Shown here one piece after another: positions 17,127-25,098 of a stretch of DNA of 57,209 nt; the first letter of the stretch is position 1; each line of letters begins with the position of its first letter. The notes under the pieces are model-generated. The model made no database searches, was not told the origin of the DNA, and saw only the letters and a list, made by a program, of their open reading frames with translations. A program made the position numbers and the translations under genes. The DNA comes from Candidatus Saccharimonadia bacterium (lineage in GTDB: Bacteria > Patescibacteriota > Saccharimonadia > UBA4664 > JBBRNT01), in NCBI GenBank assembly GCA_038230095.1, contig JBBRNT010000007.1, positions 1 to 57,209 on the forward strand. The letters run 5' to 3'.

Positions 17127-19055
17127 TTATACGGAGGAAATAACTAGTTTCGCAATGGCATTTTGCCCGCTTGGTGTTGGGTGAAACGGCGAGTCATTGG
17201 AACGAAATTGGCGATTCACACGAATCGATGGGCCATACACCCATGGGTCGGCGGAACACAACTCATGGCCCTTCATAACATTGGTGATGTCGACAACCTT
17301 CACGTTCGCGTACGAGGCTGCAACCGTTTTGATACTGCCGTTCAGGGCCGTCAGCTCAGATTGGATCCAAGTAATTTCCCGGCGACTGAGGCTAACGATG
17401 TTACCGCCAGGCCGAATATCCACACAATTCCCGGGCTGTGTACTGAACGGATTGAAGTACGTTGTCAGAACCACCTCTGGCACTTTTCCATCTGCTCGAC
17501 CCCGCTGCTGGATTTCATCAAGGACGACCCTAAGACCAGCTGCTTGTAGGCCCATATCTTGGCTGATTTGTGTCGTATTTCTGCATAGTGCACCGGCGAT
17601 GAGCTGGGGCATATAGCAGTCTTGGAGCACGTCCGCGAAGTGAACGTCGTCGGCACCCAGAGTTAGTAGCACAACGTCCGGCTTGAATGCGTCATAGGCA
17701 AGATTTGCTGGCCCATACCGACCATCGGCTGACCCCAGCTGCGGTGGTACCGTCAAACCAGAGTCGAATACTCGACGGCTCATAACGCCGTCTGTAGCCG
17801 ACGAGCCTGTGCACGACAAGAAAAGCGTTTTTGCGGAAAGCGCCTTGGCGACTACCGGTTGGTAGGACTGGTCCGTTCGGTGGCACGCTGTGGCATTTGT
17901 ACTGCCATCATCGATCCATACGCCCATGGGATTCTGGATAGACCAGCTGCTCTGACCGCGCCTGGGGACTACCCAGGTAGGCGAGTACCCTATGCCCTCT
18001 CCGGCGCCCACTGAGTCACCCATCAGGGCAATATGTAGTGGTTCGGCTGGTGGAAGTACGATGGGTGTGCTGCTTGCCACCTGAAAGTTGATGTTGTCGC
18101 CGTTGAAGCCATAGACCTGGGTGAAGTCGGCGCGCGCACCGGTAGCCACATTGACCATGCAGATGTGCGTCCCGCCTTCGGGTACGCCACACTCCGTAGC
18201 CACAAACGCCCCATCGGCGGAAACAGTGACGTTCCAGTCGGTGAGGAGGGGCAGGCTGAACAAGGCCAGGCTACTGCCATCTACCGGGTTTACGGTGTAG
18301 GTGGCGCGGGAGTTGGTGTTGGCGCAGAGACTGTCAAAGATGACCCGCCCGCTGTCCAGGTAGCTGGGCCACCGGTCTAGGCACAGGCCGGTGTCATTGT
18401 TGGTCAGTTGCCGCACGCTGCTCCCATCGACAGCGGACATGATGGAGACGGTTTGCGGGTACTGACCGAACCGGTCGGTGGGGCCGCTGGTGGCGGCCGT
18501 AATGAACACGATCTGACTGTCGTCGGGAGACCAGGCCGGCATGAGGGCCACGCCAGGCTGCGAACCAAGGCTGCGAACGCTAACCGTGAGCACGCCCGTG
18601 GCATCCACGGTGGCTCGGTCGATGCTGCCGGAACCGGCGTCGCCCGTGGCAAACGCAATCTGGGTGCCGCTATGCGACCAAGCTGGCGCACTGGTGACCT
18701 GGTAGGCATAGATGCCGGTACCCAGCTGCTGGGTTACCAGATTGTACAGCGCGAGCTGTCCACTTTGGCTATAAGCCAACCAGGTACCATCTGGCGAGAG
18801 TGCGGGCTGGACGCCGCTACCCGGCACGCTGAGAAGCGTTTTGGGCAGCTGGCCATCATTGTCGTACTCGCGAATGTCTGTGTAGCCGATCTGGGTATCT
18901 GAGCCCGTAGTGAACACCAGCCGATTGATGGCTGGGGCTGCGCCCGCGGCGATGCTTCCCCATGCCGACAAGGCCACGAGCAATCCCAATACAACACAAA
19001 AGACGCCAAAACGGCGCCCTCTCCCAGTCTTTTGGCCTGTCTTTTGGCGCTGCAC
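17127..19055 (-). CDS. Secreted TolB-like (PD40) beta-propeller fused to an SGNH/GDSL hydrolase
   Basis: Signal peptide; PALSPDG, PAWSHSG, PAWSPDD repeats; ALMGDSVGAG, SCTGS, LTLGADD, FHPTPSGQ blocks. Confidence 0.85.
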   Translation of the reverse strand: MQRQKTGQKTGRGRRFGVFCVVLGLLVALSAWGSIAAGAAPAINRLVFTTGSDTQIGYTDIREYDNDGQLPKTLLSVPGSGVQPALSPDGTWLAYSQSGQLALYNLVTQQLGTGIYAYQVTSAPAWSHSGTQIAFATGDAGSGSIDRATVDATGVLTVSVRSLGSQPGVALMPAWSPDDSQIVFITAATSGPTDRFGQYPQTVSIMSAVDGSSVRQLTNNDTGLCLDRWPSYLDSGRVIFDSLCANTNSRATYTVNPVDGSSLALFSLPLLTDWNVTVSADGAFVATECGVPEGGTHICMVNVATGARADFTQVYGFNGDNINFQVASSTPIVLPPAEPLHIALMGDSVGAGEGIGYSPTWVVPRRGQSSWSIQNPMGVWIDDGSTNATACHRTDQSYQPVVAKALSAKTLFLSCTGSSATDGVMSRRVFDSGLTVPPQLGSADGRYGPANLAYDAFKPDVVLLTLGADDVHFADVLQDCYMPQLIAGALCRNTTQISQDMGLQAAGLRVVLDEIQQRGRADGKVPEVVLTTYFNPFSTQPGNCVDIRPGGNIVSLSRREITWIQSELTALNGSIKTVAASYANVKVVDITNVMKGHELCSADPWVYGPSIRVNRQFRSNDSPFHPTPSGQNAIAKLVISSV

Positions 19056-19101
19056 GGCGCCTCCCTTCGTGTACTAGTCCTACTTGGACTCGATGCGTAA
19101 T

Positions 19102-19130
19102 ATTAAAGCTTATTTTTGTGTTTATGTCAA
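19102..19130 (-). promoter_or_regulatory. Sigma70-type promoter for the 17127-19055 gene
   Basis: TTGACA-17-TTTAAT on the minus strand. Confidence 0.6.
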
Positions 19131-19149
19131 TATTATTGCATAGTGTAGC

Positions 19150-20155
19150 TATATTAAGCCCCAGTAGACCTAACACTTTTACTCACGTTAAATATGGGGC
19201 ATGTGCACTATTAATAAACATCTTTCAAAGCAACAACTCATTCAGTACCGCTTGCGGGTATTAAAGGATGTGGAACAGCACGGCGTAGCCGGTACGGCGA
19301 GACGGTTTGGCGTTAGCCGGTTCACTATCTACGCGTGGCAAAAGTCGGTGGAACCGCGTAAGCGGGGGCCTAGAGAAGTAGCCTGGCAGACCGACCCCGA
19401 AACAGAGCGGCGTATCATTCGACTCAAGCGTGCCACCAACTACGGCCCCAAGCGACTCCGGGCCGAGCTGGCACTGGCAGGCGTCATGGTCGGCGAGAAG
19501 GCCATTAGAGGCGTCTTGCAGCGGGCTGGGCTCGTAGTGCACCACACCAAGAAGCGCGTGAAGAAGCAGTACAAGTTCTACGCCCCCTACCCCGGCTACC
19601 GGTTGCAAGTCGACACCAAAGCCGTACCCAACGGGACCGACAAACGGCGCTCCCACAGGCAACAATTCACGGCGATTGATATCGTGAGCAAAATCCGCTT
19701 CTTGGCCATCTACGACTCGCTGTCCAACTACAACTCAATTCAGTTTGTCCGCGACGCCCTGGCCTTCTACACCGATATTGGGATTCATATTGAATGCGTC
19801 CAGACCGACAACCATGCTACCTTTACCAACCTGTACCTAGGGGGCAACAAGAAAGCTGAGCACGAGCTCCGCCGGGTTCATCCACTGACGCAGTTCCTGC
19901 TCGACCAAGGGATTGAGCACAAGCTGTCGCGACCTGGCACCCCGCAACACAACGGATTTGTGGAGCGCAGCCACCGCACGGACGAAGAGGAGTTCTACCG
20001 GAGAGTCGATGTAGTGCCTCTAGACAACGTCCAGCTGCAAGGCGCAATGAAGCGGTGGCAGGATGAATATAATTACATGAGGCTGCATTCTAGCCTAGGT
20101 TATGAGGCTCCCATGCAGCATTACTTGGGTGTATTGCAAACTGGGGCTTAATACA
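19150..20155 (+). mobile_element. IS481-family insertion sequence (1006 bp) with 16-bp terminal IRs and 15-bp flanking direct repeat
   Basis: IRL tatattaagccccagt (19150-19165) vs reverse complement of IRR tgtattaagccccagt (20140-20155); DR attgcatagtgtagc at 19135-19149 and 20156-20170. Confidence 0.9.
19201..20151 (+). CDS. IS481-family DDE transposase
   Basis: HTH (TARRFGVSRFTIYAW), YGPKR, QVDTK, QTDN, PQHNGFVERSHRT, YNxxRxHSSL; single ORF. Confidence 0.93.
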   Translation: MCTINKHLSKQQLIQYRLRVLKDVEQHGVAGTARRFGVSRFTIYAWQKSVEPRKRGPREVAWQTDPETERRIIRLKRATNYGPKRLRAELALAGVMVGEKAIRGVLQRAGLVVHHTKKRVKKQYKFYAPYPGYRLQVDTKAVPNGTDKRRSHRQQFTAIDIVSKIRFLAIYDSLSNYNSIQFVRDALAFYTDIGIHIECVQTDNHATFTNLYLGGNKKAEHELRRVHPLTQFLLDQGIEHKLSRPGTPQHNGFVERSHRTDEEEFYRRVDVVPLDNVQLQGAMKRWQDEYNYMRLHSSLGYEAPMQHYLGVLQTGA

Positions 20156-20172
20156 ATTGCATAGTGTAGCAT

Positions 20173-20979
20173 CTATACTGCTGAGGACTTTGGTCGGATA
20201 CTGTGCCTCGGGCTACGAGCGCGGGCGATTTGGACGAGGGTGTAGACACCCCCAGCTAGGCCAGTAAGTAGAGCAAGAGCCCACTTGCCACCCCAAAGCG
20301 GGAGTTGATAGCGCGTGCCATACACTAATATTGGTCGCAATATAATACTACTTTCTAGCGCTGGAGGGGCAATTGATGGCGGAGCGACTGGTGGAGGGGA
20401 CTCTAATGGCGCTGGTAATGGCGTACTTACTACCACCGGCTTGGCCAGTAGTGTAGGCCGTGCGGGCGGTGGTGCAGGTGCCGGGCTCGGTATGGTAAGT
20501 GGCGCGGTATTGCCTGCGACGGTCGAGCCATAGATGGCCACAGTAATCATCATCGGCTGCCCCAAACAGTCCCCCATCCCCTGTGCAAAACCGACATTAC
20601 GGTAGGCACCGGATAGCATATTGGCACGGTGGCCCGGGCTGGCCATCCAGGCATCTACTACAGACTGCGGCGCGGTATAACCACAGGCTAGATTCTCCGC
20701 TACTGCGCGCCAGGGGTAGGCGGCGGCGCTTGCTGCCTCCCCAAAGCTGGTGCCATCCGGCTGAGTGTGGCCAAAGTAGTGGTTTTGCTGCATATTGCTC
20801 AGCCGGGCCGCCGCGGCAGCAGTGAGGCGGGCGTCGAGCGAGAACGGGGCCACACGGCTGGCAGCGCGGGCGGCGTTGGTGGGGCCAAGGAAGTCGGCGG
20901 CCTGGGTGGCCTGGGATAGCAATAACCAGGCGGCGCTAACCGCAATTATTACTCCCCTACCTGTTGTGGGCCCCCTCAT
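20173..20979 (-). CDS. CAP (SCP-like) domain protein with Pro-rich linker and C-terminal TM
   Basis: YFGH, AENLAxG, WMASPGHRANML; start trimmed to ATG 20979. Confidence 0.88.
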   Translation of the reverse strand: MRGPTTGRGVIIAVSAAWLLLSQATQAADFLGPTNAARAASRVAPFSLDARLTAAAAARLSNMQQNHYFGHTQPDGTSFGEAASAAAYPWRAVAENLACGYTAPQSVVDAWMASPGHRANMLSGAYRNVGFAQGMGDCLGQPMMITVAIYGSTVAGNTAPLTIPSPAPAPPPARPTLLAKPVVVSTPLPAPLESPPPVAPPSIAPPALESSIILRPILVYGTRYQLPLWGGKWALALLTGLAGGVYTLVQIARARSPRHSIRPKSSAV

Positions 20980-21035
20980 CTTGTACCCGATTATAGCATA
21001 AGCTCTTGCGCGGTCCCGCTGGCCGGTAGGTACAC

Positions 21036-21093
21036 TTGCGCAATTGTAGGCATTATCGTACGGTAGCCGTACTTTCGATCCCGGGGAGGAACG
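21036..21093 (+). promoter_or_regulatory. Array unit 0 promoter/leader
   Basis: TTGCGC-17-TACGGT, then gatcccggggaggaacg ATG, resembling the leaders of units 1-3. Confidence 0.6.
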
Positions 21094-21426
21094 ATGCACC
21101 ATCTACCAGCTTATGTGGTTGCCATAGTAATACTCGGCGTACTACTAGCCGGTGGGCTGTACGCTCGCCATGGCCGACCGTTTCGCCGTAGTAACCGACT
21201 AGTTAGCAAGGCGCCAGCGGATAACCAGCTCCGTCAGAACGGCTTGGGTAACCGCGCAGCATGGGCCCAAGAAGCCCTGGATGCCAATGACCCAGATGCT
21301 GCACTCCTGGTGCTACTGGCAGAAACGCTAAACCCGTCGTCCAGCCAACCGCCGTTGGAACTGGACCTGCTGCGGCGGCTGCGGCAACTAGCGCTCTCCG
21401 CTCCGTCTGGCGAGAGTACGTCATAA
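21094..21426 (+). CDS. Short single-TM protein, truncated member of the tandem paralog family (unit 0)
   Basis: N-terminal TM; AQEALDANDPDAALLVLLA resembles AEALEREDVTGAVRLLA / AKALTDRDATASLMMLA of units 1 and 3. Confidence 0.65.
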   Translation: MHHLPAYVVAIVILGVLLAGGLYARHGRPFRRSNRLVSKAPADNQLRQNGLGNRAAWAQEALDANDPDAALLVLLAETLNPSSSQPPLELDLLRRLRQLALSAPSGESTS

Positions 21427-21455
21427 TTGCCGCTGCAGCTTGGCTGTGTTATGGT
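21427..21455 (+). promoter_or_regulatory. Promoter for the Cys-rich ORF
   Basis: TTGCCG-17-TATGGT with extended TG. Confidence 0.55.
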
Positions 21456-21508
21456 GGGCCTGCTGAGTAGCACTTCCGCCACTTGCCCATTGAAAAAAGG
21501 AGACTACT

Positions 21509-21919
21509 AACACCAACCAAACTGAACACCTGGCGCTTATACCGCGCCTGATTGCCGGCCTGGCTACGCCAGACCGCTGGAACCCAGCAACCGACGTCTG
21601 GGTGGTCCGCCTGTGGACCTCCCGCGGCGGTGTCGAAATTGGCATGATTGTCCACGATGTTGATGCCTGTGGCTGCTGCGGCGCACGCCGTTTTGTCACC
21701 ATTAGCCCGCGTGGCACCCAAGTCCAACCAGACAAGCGCTGTTGCTTCCAGACACCCGGAGCTGCTCTAGAGCAGCTTATCACCACGAGTGAATTCTACG
21801 CCTTTAACCAGGAATGGTTCCTGCGTAGTCCGCTCACCACCAAGGGGGTTACACCCTATGTCCACCACGGAATGCGCTGGGCTACCCTGCCCAGAGCCAG
21901 ACACGCCATCGCCGCATAG
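21509..21919 (+). pseudogene. Cys-rich hypothetical ORF lacking a start codon after its SD (or a shorter CDS from GTG 21602)
   Basis: AAGGAG at 21497-21502 is followed by actact-AAC-ACC with an open frame to 21919; CGCC and CC motifs; terminator 21931-21958. Confidence 0.5.
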
Positions 21920-21930
21920 CGCGGCACCCT

Positions 21931-21958
21931 AGCCCGGGATCTTCTGATCCCGGGCTTT
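21931..21958 (+). terminator. Intrinsic terminator
   Basis: agcccgggatc-ttct-gatcccgggct-tt. Confidence 0.75.
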
Positions 21959-21986
21959 GACGTTCTTGTGGGGCGTGCAAGGATTG

Positions 21987-22050
21987 TATGCTTGCGAAAT
22001 ATTGCTAACCATTGTAAGGTAACGCCACGATTGGACTCCGGGAAGGGAGC
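21987..22050 (+). repeat. 64-bp promoter+leader repeat, copy 1
   Basis: 63/64 identical to 23040-23103; contains TTGCGA-17-TAAGGT and an AAGGGAG SD. Confidence 0.95.
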
Positions 22051-22054
22051 GAAT

Positions 22055-22966
22055 ATGCATTTCTTGACAAGACACAACTACTTCTACGTCCTACCTGCCG
22101 CGGTAGTCGGCTTCATCGTCGTGCTTGCCCTCGTAATCTGGCTCATCGGCCGGGCCGAGGCGCGGGAGGCTGCCGAGCGGGTCGCGGCGGCGACTGCCAG
22201 GCAGGCCGAGGCAGAAGCTCAGCAGGCCCTGGCAGAGCGGTTTGTGGGTGGCGACCAAACCGCCTATGCAGAGCTAGCCAATCACAACTGGATGCTGGCC
22301 GAACCGAAGACCATTCTGGGCCATCTCGATAGGTTCATTACGGCCAAGTTGACAGTGCCTGGCGATGTCGAGAAATGGCGCGCGGCTGTGGCAGCGCTTG
22401 ACGATGAGACCGCAGGGACTATTCGATACAACCTGTTCGTGCTCTACTCCAATAACGAGGCCTACGGAGTAGCCGACTGCCTGGAAGCAATGGCCGGCAT
22501 CAGCAACGCCGAAATGCTCGCGCAGACCCAAGCCATGCTGGAGCTCAAGATCCAGCAGCTGACCGAGGCGGCTAGCCAGGGTTCGCCAGAGTCCTTTACC
22601 AGCCTCAGGGAGCTTCGTGATCGGTATCGCACCGGGCTCCGTAGCTTGCGCGCCCAGATGCTCCCGCCGTGGGACGACCTGGTGGTGAAGTTCATTGACG
22701 ATCCCGTCTACAACGACTTTGACCACCGCGGCCGCGAGTATGCCAGCGGCGAGCCCCGGCGGCGCACGGCGGAAGCCCTGGAGCGCGAAGACGTGACTGG
22801 GGCCGTGAGGCTGCTCGCTTACCACGATGCTCACCAGCACAAGACCGGCTCGCCCTTCCACATTCCCCAGTACATGGTGGCCCAGCTGGCGCAGATGGTG
22901 GCTCGCCTGAAGGGCCAGGAAACCACCGCCAACGCCCAGGCAGTGGAACTGGCCAAGCACGACTGA
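22055..22966 (+). CDS. Single-TM helical protein, tandem paralog family (unit 1)
   Basis: Start trimmed to ATG 22055; GDxxA...W and WxxLV...PVYxDFD motifs shared with units 2 and 3. Confidence 0.85.
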   Translation: MHFLTRHNYFYVLPAAVVGFIVVLALVIWLIGRAEAREAAERVAAATARQAEAEAQQALAERFVGGDQTAYAELANHNWMLAEPKTILGHLDRFITAKLTVPGDVEKWRAAVAALDDETAGTIRYNLFVLYSNNEAYGVADCLEAMAGISNAEMLAQTQAMLELKIQQLTEAASQGSPESFTSLRELRDRYRTGLRSLRAQMLPPWDDLVVKFIDDPVYNDFDHRGREYASGEPRRRTAEALEREDVTGAVRLLAYHDAHQHKTGSPFHIPQYMVAQLAQMVARLKGQETTANAQAVELAKHD

Positions 22967-22970
22967 GTCC

Positions 22971-23000
22971 TTGAGGCCCCACCATTTGGTGGGGCCTCAA
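22971..23000 (+). terminator. Hairpin closing unit 1
   Basis: ttgaggccccacca-tt-tggtggggcctcaa. Confidence 0.8.
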
Positions 23001-23039
23001 TCATTTTTAGGTACATGCCGACTCATTCACCATGTATGT

Positions 23040-23103
23040 TATGCTTGCGAAATATTGCTAACCATTGTAAGGTAACGCCACGATTGGACTCCGGAAAGGG
23101 AGC
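23040..23103 (+). repeat. 64-bp promoter+leader repeat, copy 2
   Basis: See copy 1; TTGCGA 23045-23050, TAAGGT 23068-23073. Confidence 0.95.
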
Positions 23104-23109
23104 AATAGC

Positions 23110-23934
23110 ATGAGAGACTACATGTGGTGGATAGCAGTGGGTGCAGTGCTTGGCTTCTTCGCAATTCGGGGCGGAGCACGCAGTCGCCGATTGCGTGGAC
23201 TGACACAACTGGCCATCAACGGTGACGCAGCGGCCATAGCCCGCATCAACGCTACGACATGGAAAGGTGGGGGTGCCTACGATGTGGAGAAACTGCAAGA
23301 GTACTTGCTGCTACGCCGCACGCTGGTTACCGACATTGGCACTTGGGCTGCGAGCCTGAGTGAAGCGGACCCGCAAGCGTTGTGGCTGGCATACTCTGCC
23401 GTCAAGGGCGCCTTGGGCAGATACGTCTACCTGCCACGAACGATCAAGCACGACCTGGCACATGAGGTGGGACTGACTATGGCTGATTGCCAGCATCGTA
23501 CGCAGTCTCGGCTGGATGAGCAGGTGCGTACTCTGGCTGACTCCGATCAGCTGACTGCGGCAGAGTTTGCCCAGCTGCGGGCGCTACGAGCTGAGTTGGG
23601 TGACAAATGGTCGACGCTGAAGTTCACTGATTTGGCGAACTGGAACCAGCTGGTGGCAAGCCACATTGCCACGCCGGTCTACGGCGACTTCGACTGGCCC
23701 GAGAGCCTGTTCGTGGAAGTCCACCCGCGGCAGATGGCTGTCATGGCCATCCGGACCGAAGACGTGGTGATCGCCAAGATGCTCCTGGCCTATCTCGACC
23801 ACCAGCGGGTGGTCTACGGCCGAGACCCCCGTATGGCTTTGGGGTCCCAGTTCATCTACGACCTCGCGTGGATGATCGACCGCGTAACCGAGCGACAAGC
23901 TCTGGGCGCCAACAACGAGACCGAGTCCGCCTAG
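23110..23934 (+). CDS. Single-TM helical protein, tandem paralog family (unit 2)
   Basis: GDAAAIARINATTW; WNQLVASHIATPVYGDFDW; ends TESA. Confidence 0.85.
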   Translation: MRDYMWWIAVGAVLGFFAIRGGARSRRLRGLTQLAINGDAAAIARINATTWKGGGAYDVEKLQEYLLLRRTLVTDIGTWAASLSEADPQALWLAYSAVKGALGRYVYLPRTIKHDLAHEVGLTMADCQHRTQSRLDEQVRTLADSDQLTAAEFAQLRALRAELGDKWSTLKFTDLANWNQLVASHIATPVYGDFDWPESLFVEVHPRQMAVMAIRTEDVVIAKMLLAYLDHQRVVYGRDPRMALGSQFIYDLAWMIDRVTERQALGANNETESA

Positions 23935-23945
23935 GCCTCCGTCAA

Positions 23946-23975
23946 GAAGCCCCCGCGAGAAATTGCGGGGGCTTC
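23946..23975 (+). terminator. Hairpin closing unit 2
   Basis: gaagcccccgc...gcgggggcttc followed by aatcatt, as in unit 1. Confidence 0.8.
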
Positions 23976-24018
23976 AATCATTCTGGTATTTAGACAGATC
24001 CGGTTTGTGAAGTTGTTG

Positions 24019-24083
24019 TGCTTGCGCTTAATTACGTATTATTGTACTGTAACCCCACATCGGACTCCGGAAAGGGAGCGAAT
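24019..24083 (+). repeat. Promoter+leader repeat, diverged copy 3
   Basis: TTGCGC-17-TACTGT, then ggactccggaaagggagcgaat ATG. Confidence 0.85.
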
Positions 24084-25046
24084 ATGCGCACATGGATAAT
24101 CATTGGGGTGATTACAGTGGTACTGATCGCCGGGATCAAGGCCTGGGAGGTACTGCGGAAGCGCCGAAAGCAGCGTGCCAAGGCCGAGAAATTGGCCACG
24201 CAGGCCGCCTCGCGGGCTGCCAAGAAAGCCGAGTTTGCTCGCCTGGAAATTCTGAAAGCCAAAGAAACCGAGGAGCAGCTGGCCCTGGCGCAGACGGCAC
24301 TGACCGGGGACCAAGCAGCCTGGGAGGCTCTGAAAACCACACAATGGTTCTACCACGCCAGCGACTTCATCGGCATCGTAGAGCACTACTACTGGTGGCG
24401 AGATAATGGTACGGCGCTGCTGGACGAGTGGCGTGGCGCGATTGCAGACGGTAATATCAACACAGCCATTGCAGTGGCCCGGAAGTACCAGTATGTGGCG
24501 CAGTCGAGCAGGCGGCGTGGTCTGGACGCACGAGAGATCATCATCTCGCTCATGGGGATTGCCCCTGCGGAAGTGCGTGAGCAGACGCTCCTGGCGCTGG
24601 ATGTCTGGATGGCTGCCCAGTGTACAGAGGCGGTGGCCGGATCGGCCGAGGCCTACAAGCGACTCAAGCTCTATCGGCATGAACACAGAACAAAGCCGGG
24701 TTATGCATCTGACGACTACCCGTTTGTCTTCCCCGAAGCTTGGAACAAGGCGGTGACACTGCACGAACCGGTCCCGACCTATGAGGACTTCGACTGGCAC
24801 CACCGCGAACTGCAGGCCGGTGAGCCGCGGATGGCGGCAGCCAAAGCTCTAACTGACCGTGACGCAACTGCATCCCTGATGATGCTGGCCTGGTACAACT
24901 GGCAAACAAAAGCTGGTGCGACGCTCAAAGCTTCGTTCTATATTGAGAGCGAGCTCCGAGCCCAGCTGGCACTGCTCATAGAAGAGCAGCGTGTGGCCAA
25001 TGCGCCACCGGCCTCATCCACTGTTGCGCAGACCGAGTCCGCCTAG
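24084..25046 (+). CDS. Single-TM helical protein, tandem paralog family (unit 3)
   Basis: Start trimmed to ATG 24084; GDQAAWEALKTTQW; WNKAV...PTYEDFDW; ends TESA. Confidence 0.85.
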   Translation: MRTWIIIGVITVVLIAGIKAWEVLRKRRKQRAKAEKLATQAASRAAKKAEFARLEILKAKETEEQLALAQTALTGDQAAWEALKTTQWFYHASDFIGIVEHYYWWRDNGTALLDEWRGAIADGNINTAIAVARKYQYVAQSSRRRGLDAREIIISLMGIAPAEVREQTLLALDVWMAAQCTEAVAGSAEAYKRLKLYRHEHRTKPGYASDDYPFVFPEAWNKAVTLHEPVPTYEDFDWHHRELQAGEPRMAAAKALTDRDATASLMMLAWYNWQTKAGATLKASFYIESELRAQLALLIEEQRVANAPPASSTVAQTESA

Positions 25047-25057
25047 CCGATCTACCA

Positions 25058-25084
25058 AAAAGCCCCACCGCAAGGTGGGGCTTT
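25058..25084. terminator. Bidirectional terminator between unit 3 and uvrA
   Basis: aaagccccacc-gcaa-ggtggggcttt. Confidence 0.85.
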
Positions 25085-25098
25085 CACATTGGTGCACG

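Noticed and set aside
21987-24083. Array repeats as a CRISPR array or integron attC sites
   Set aside because: Spacing is ~1 kb with full genes between repeats; repeats parse as promoter+SD; no RYYYAAC/GTTRRRY-bounded palindromes, and no cas or intI gene in the window.
22274-24803. Long antisense ORFs (22274-22960, 24039-24803) and similar shadow ORFs opposite uvrA, uvrB and gap
   Set aside because: They lie antisense to well-supported genes in GC-rich sequence and lack SD, promoter or recognisable motifs.
21036-25084. Diversity-generating retroelement explaining the array divergence
   Set aside because: No reverse transcriptase and no template/variable repeat pair with adenine-specific differences seen.
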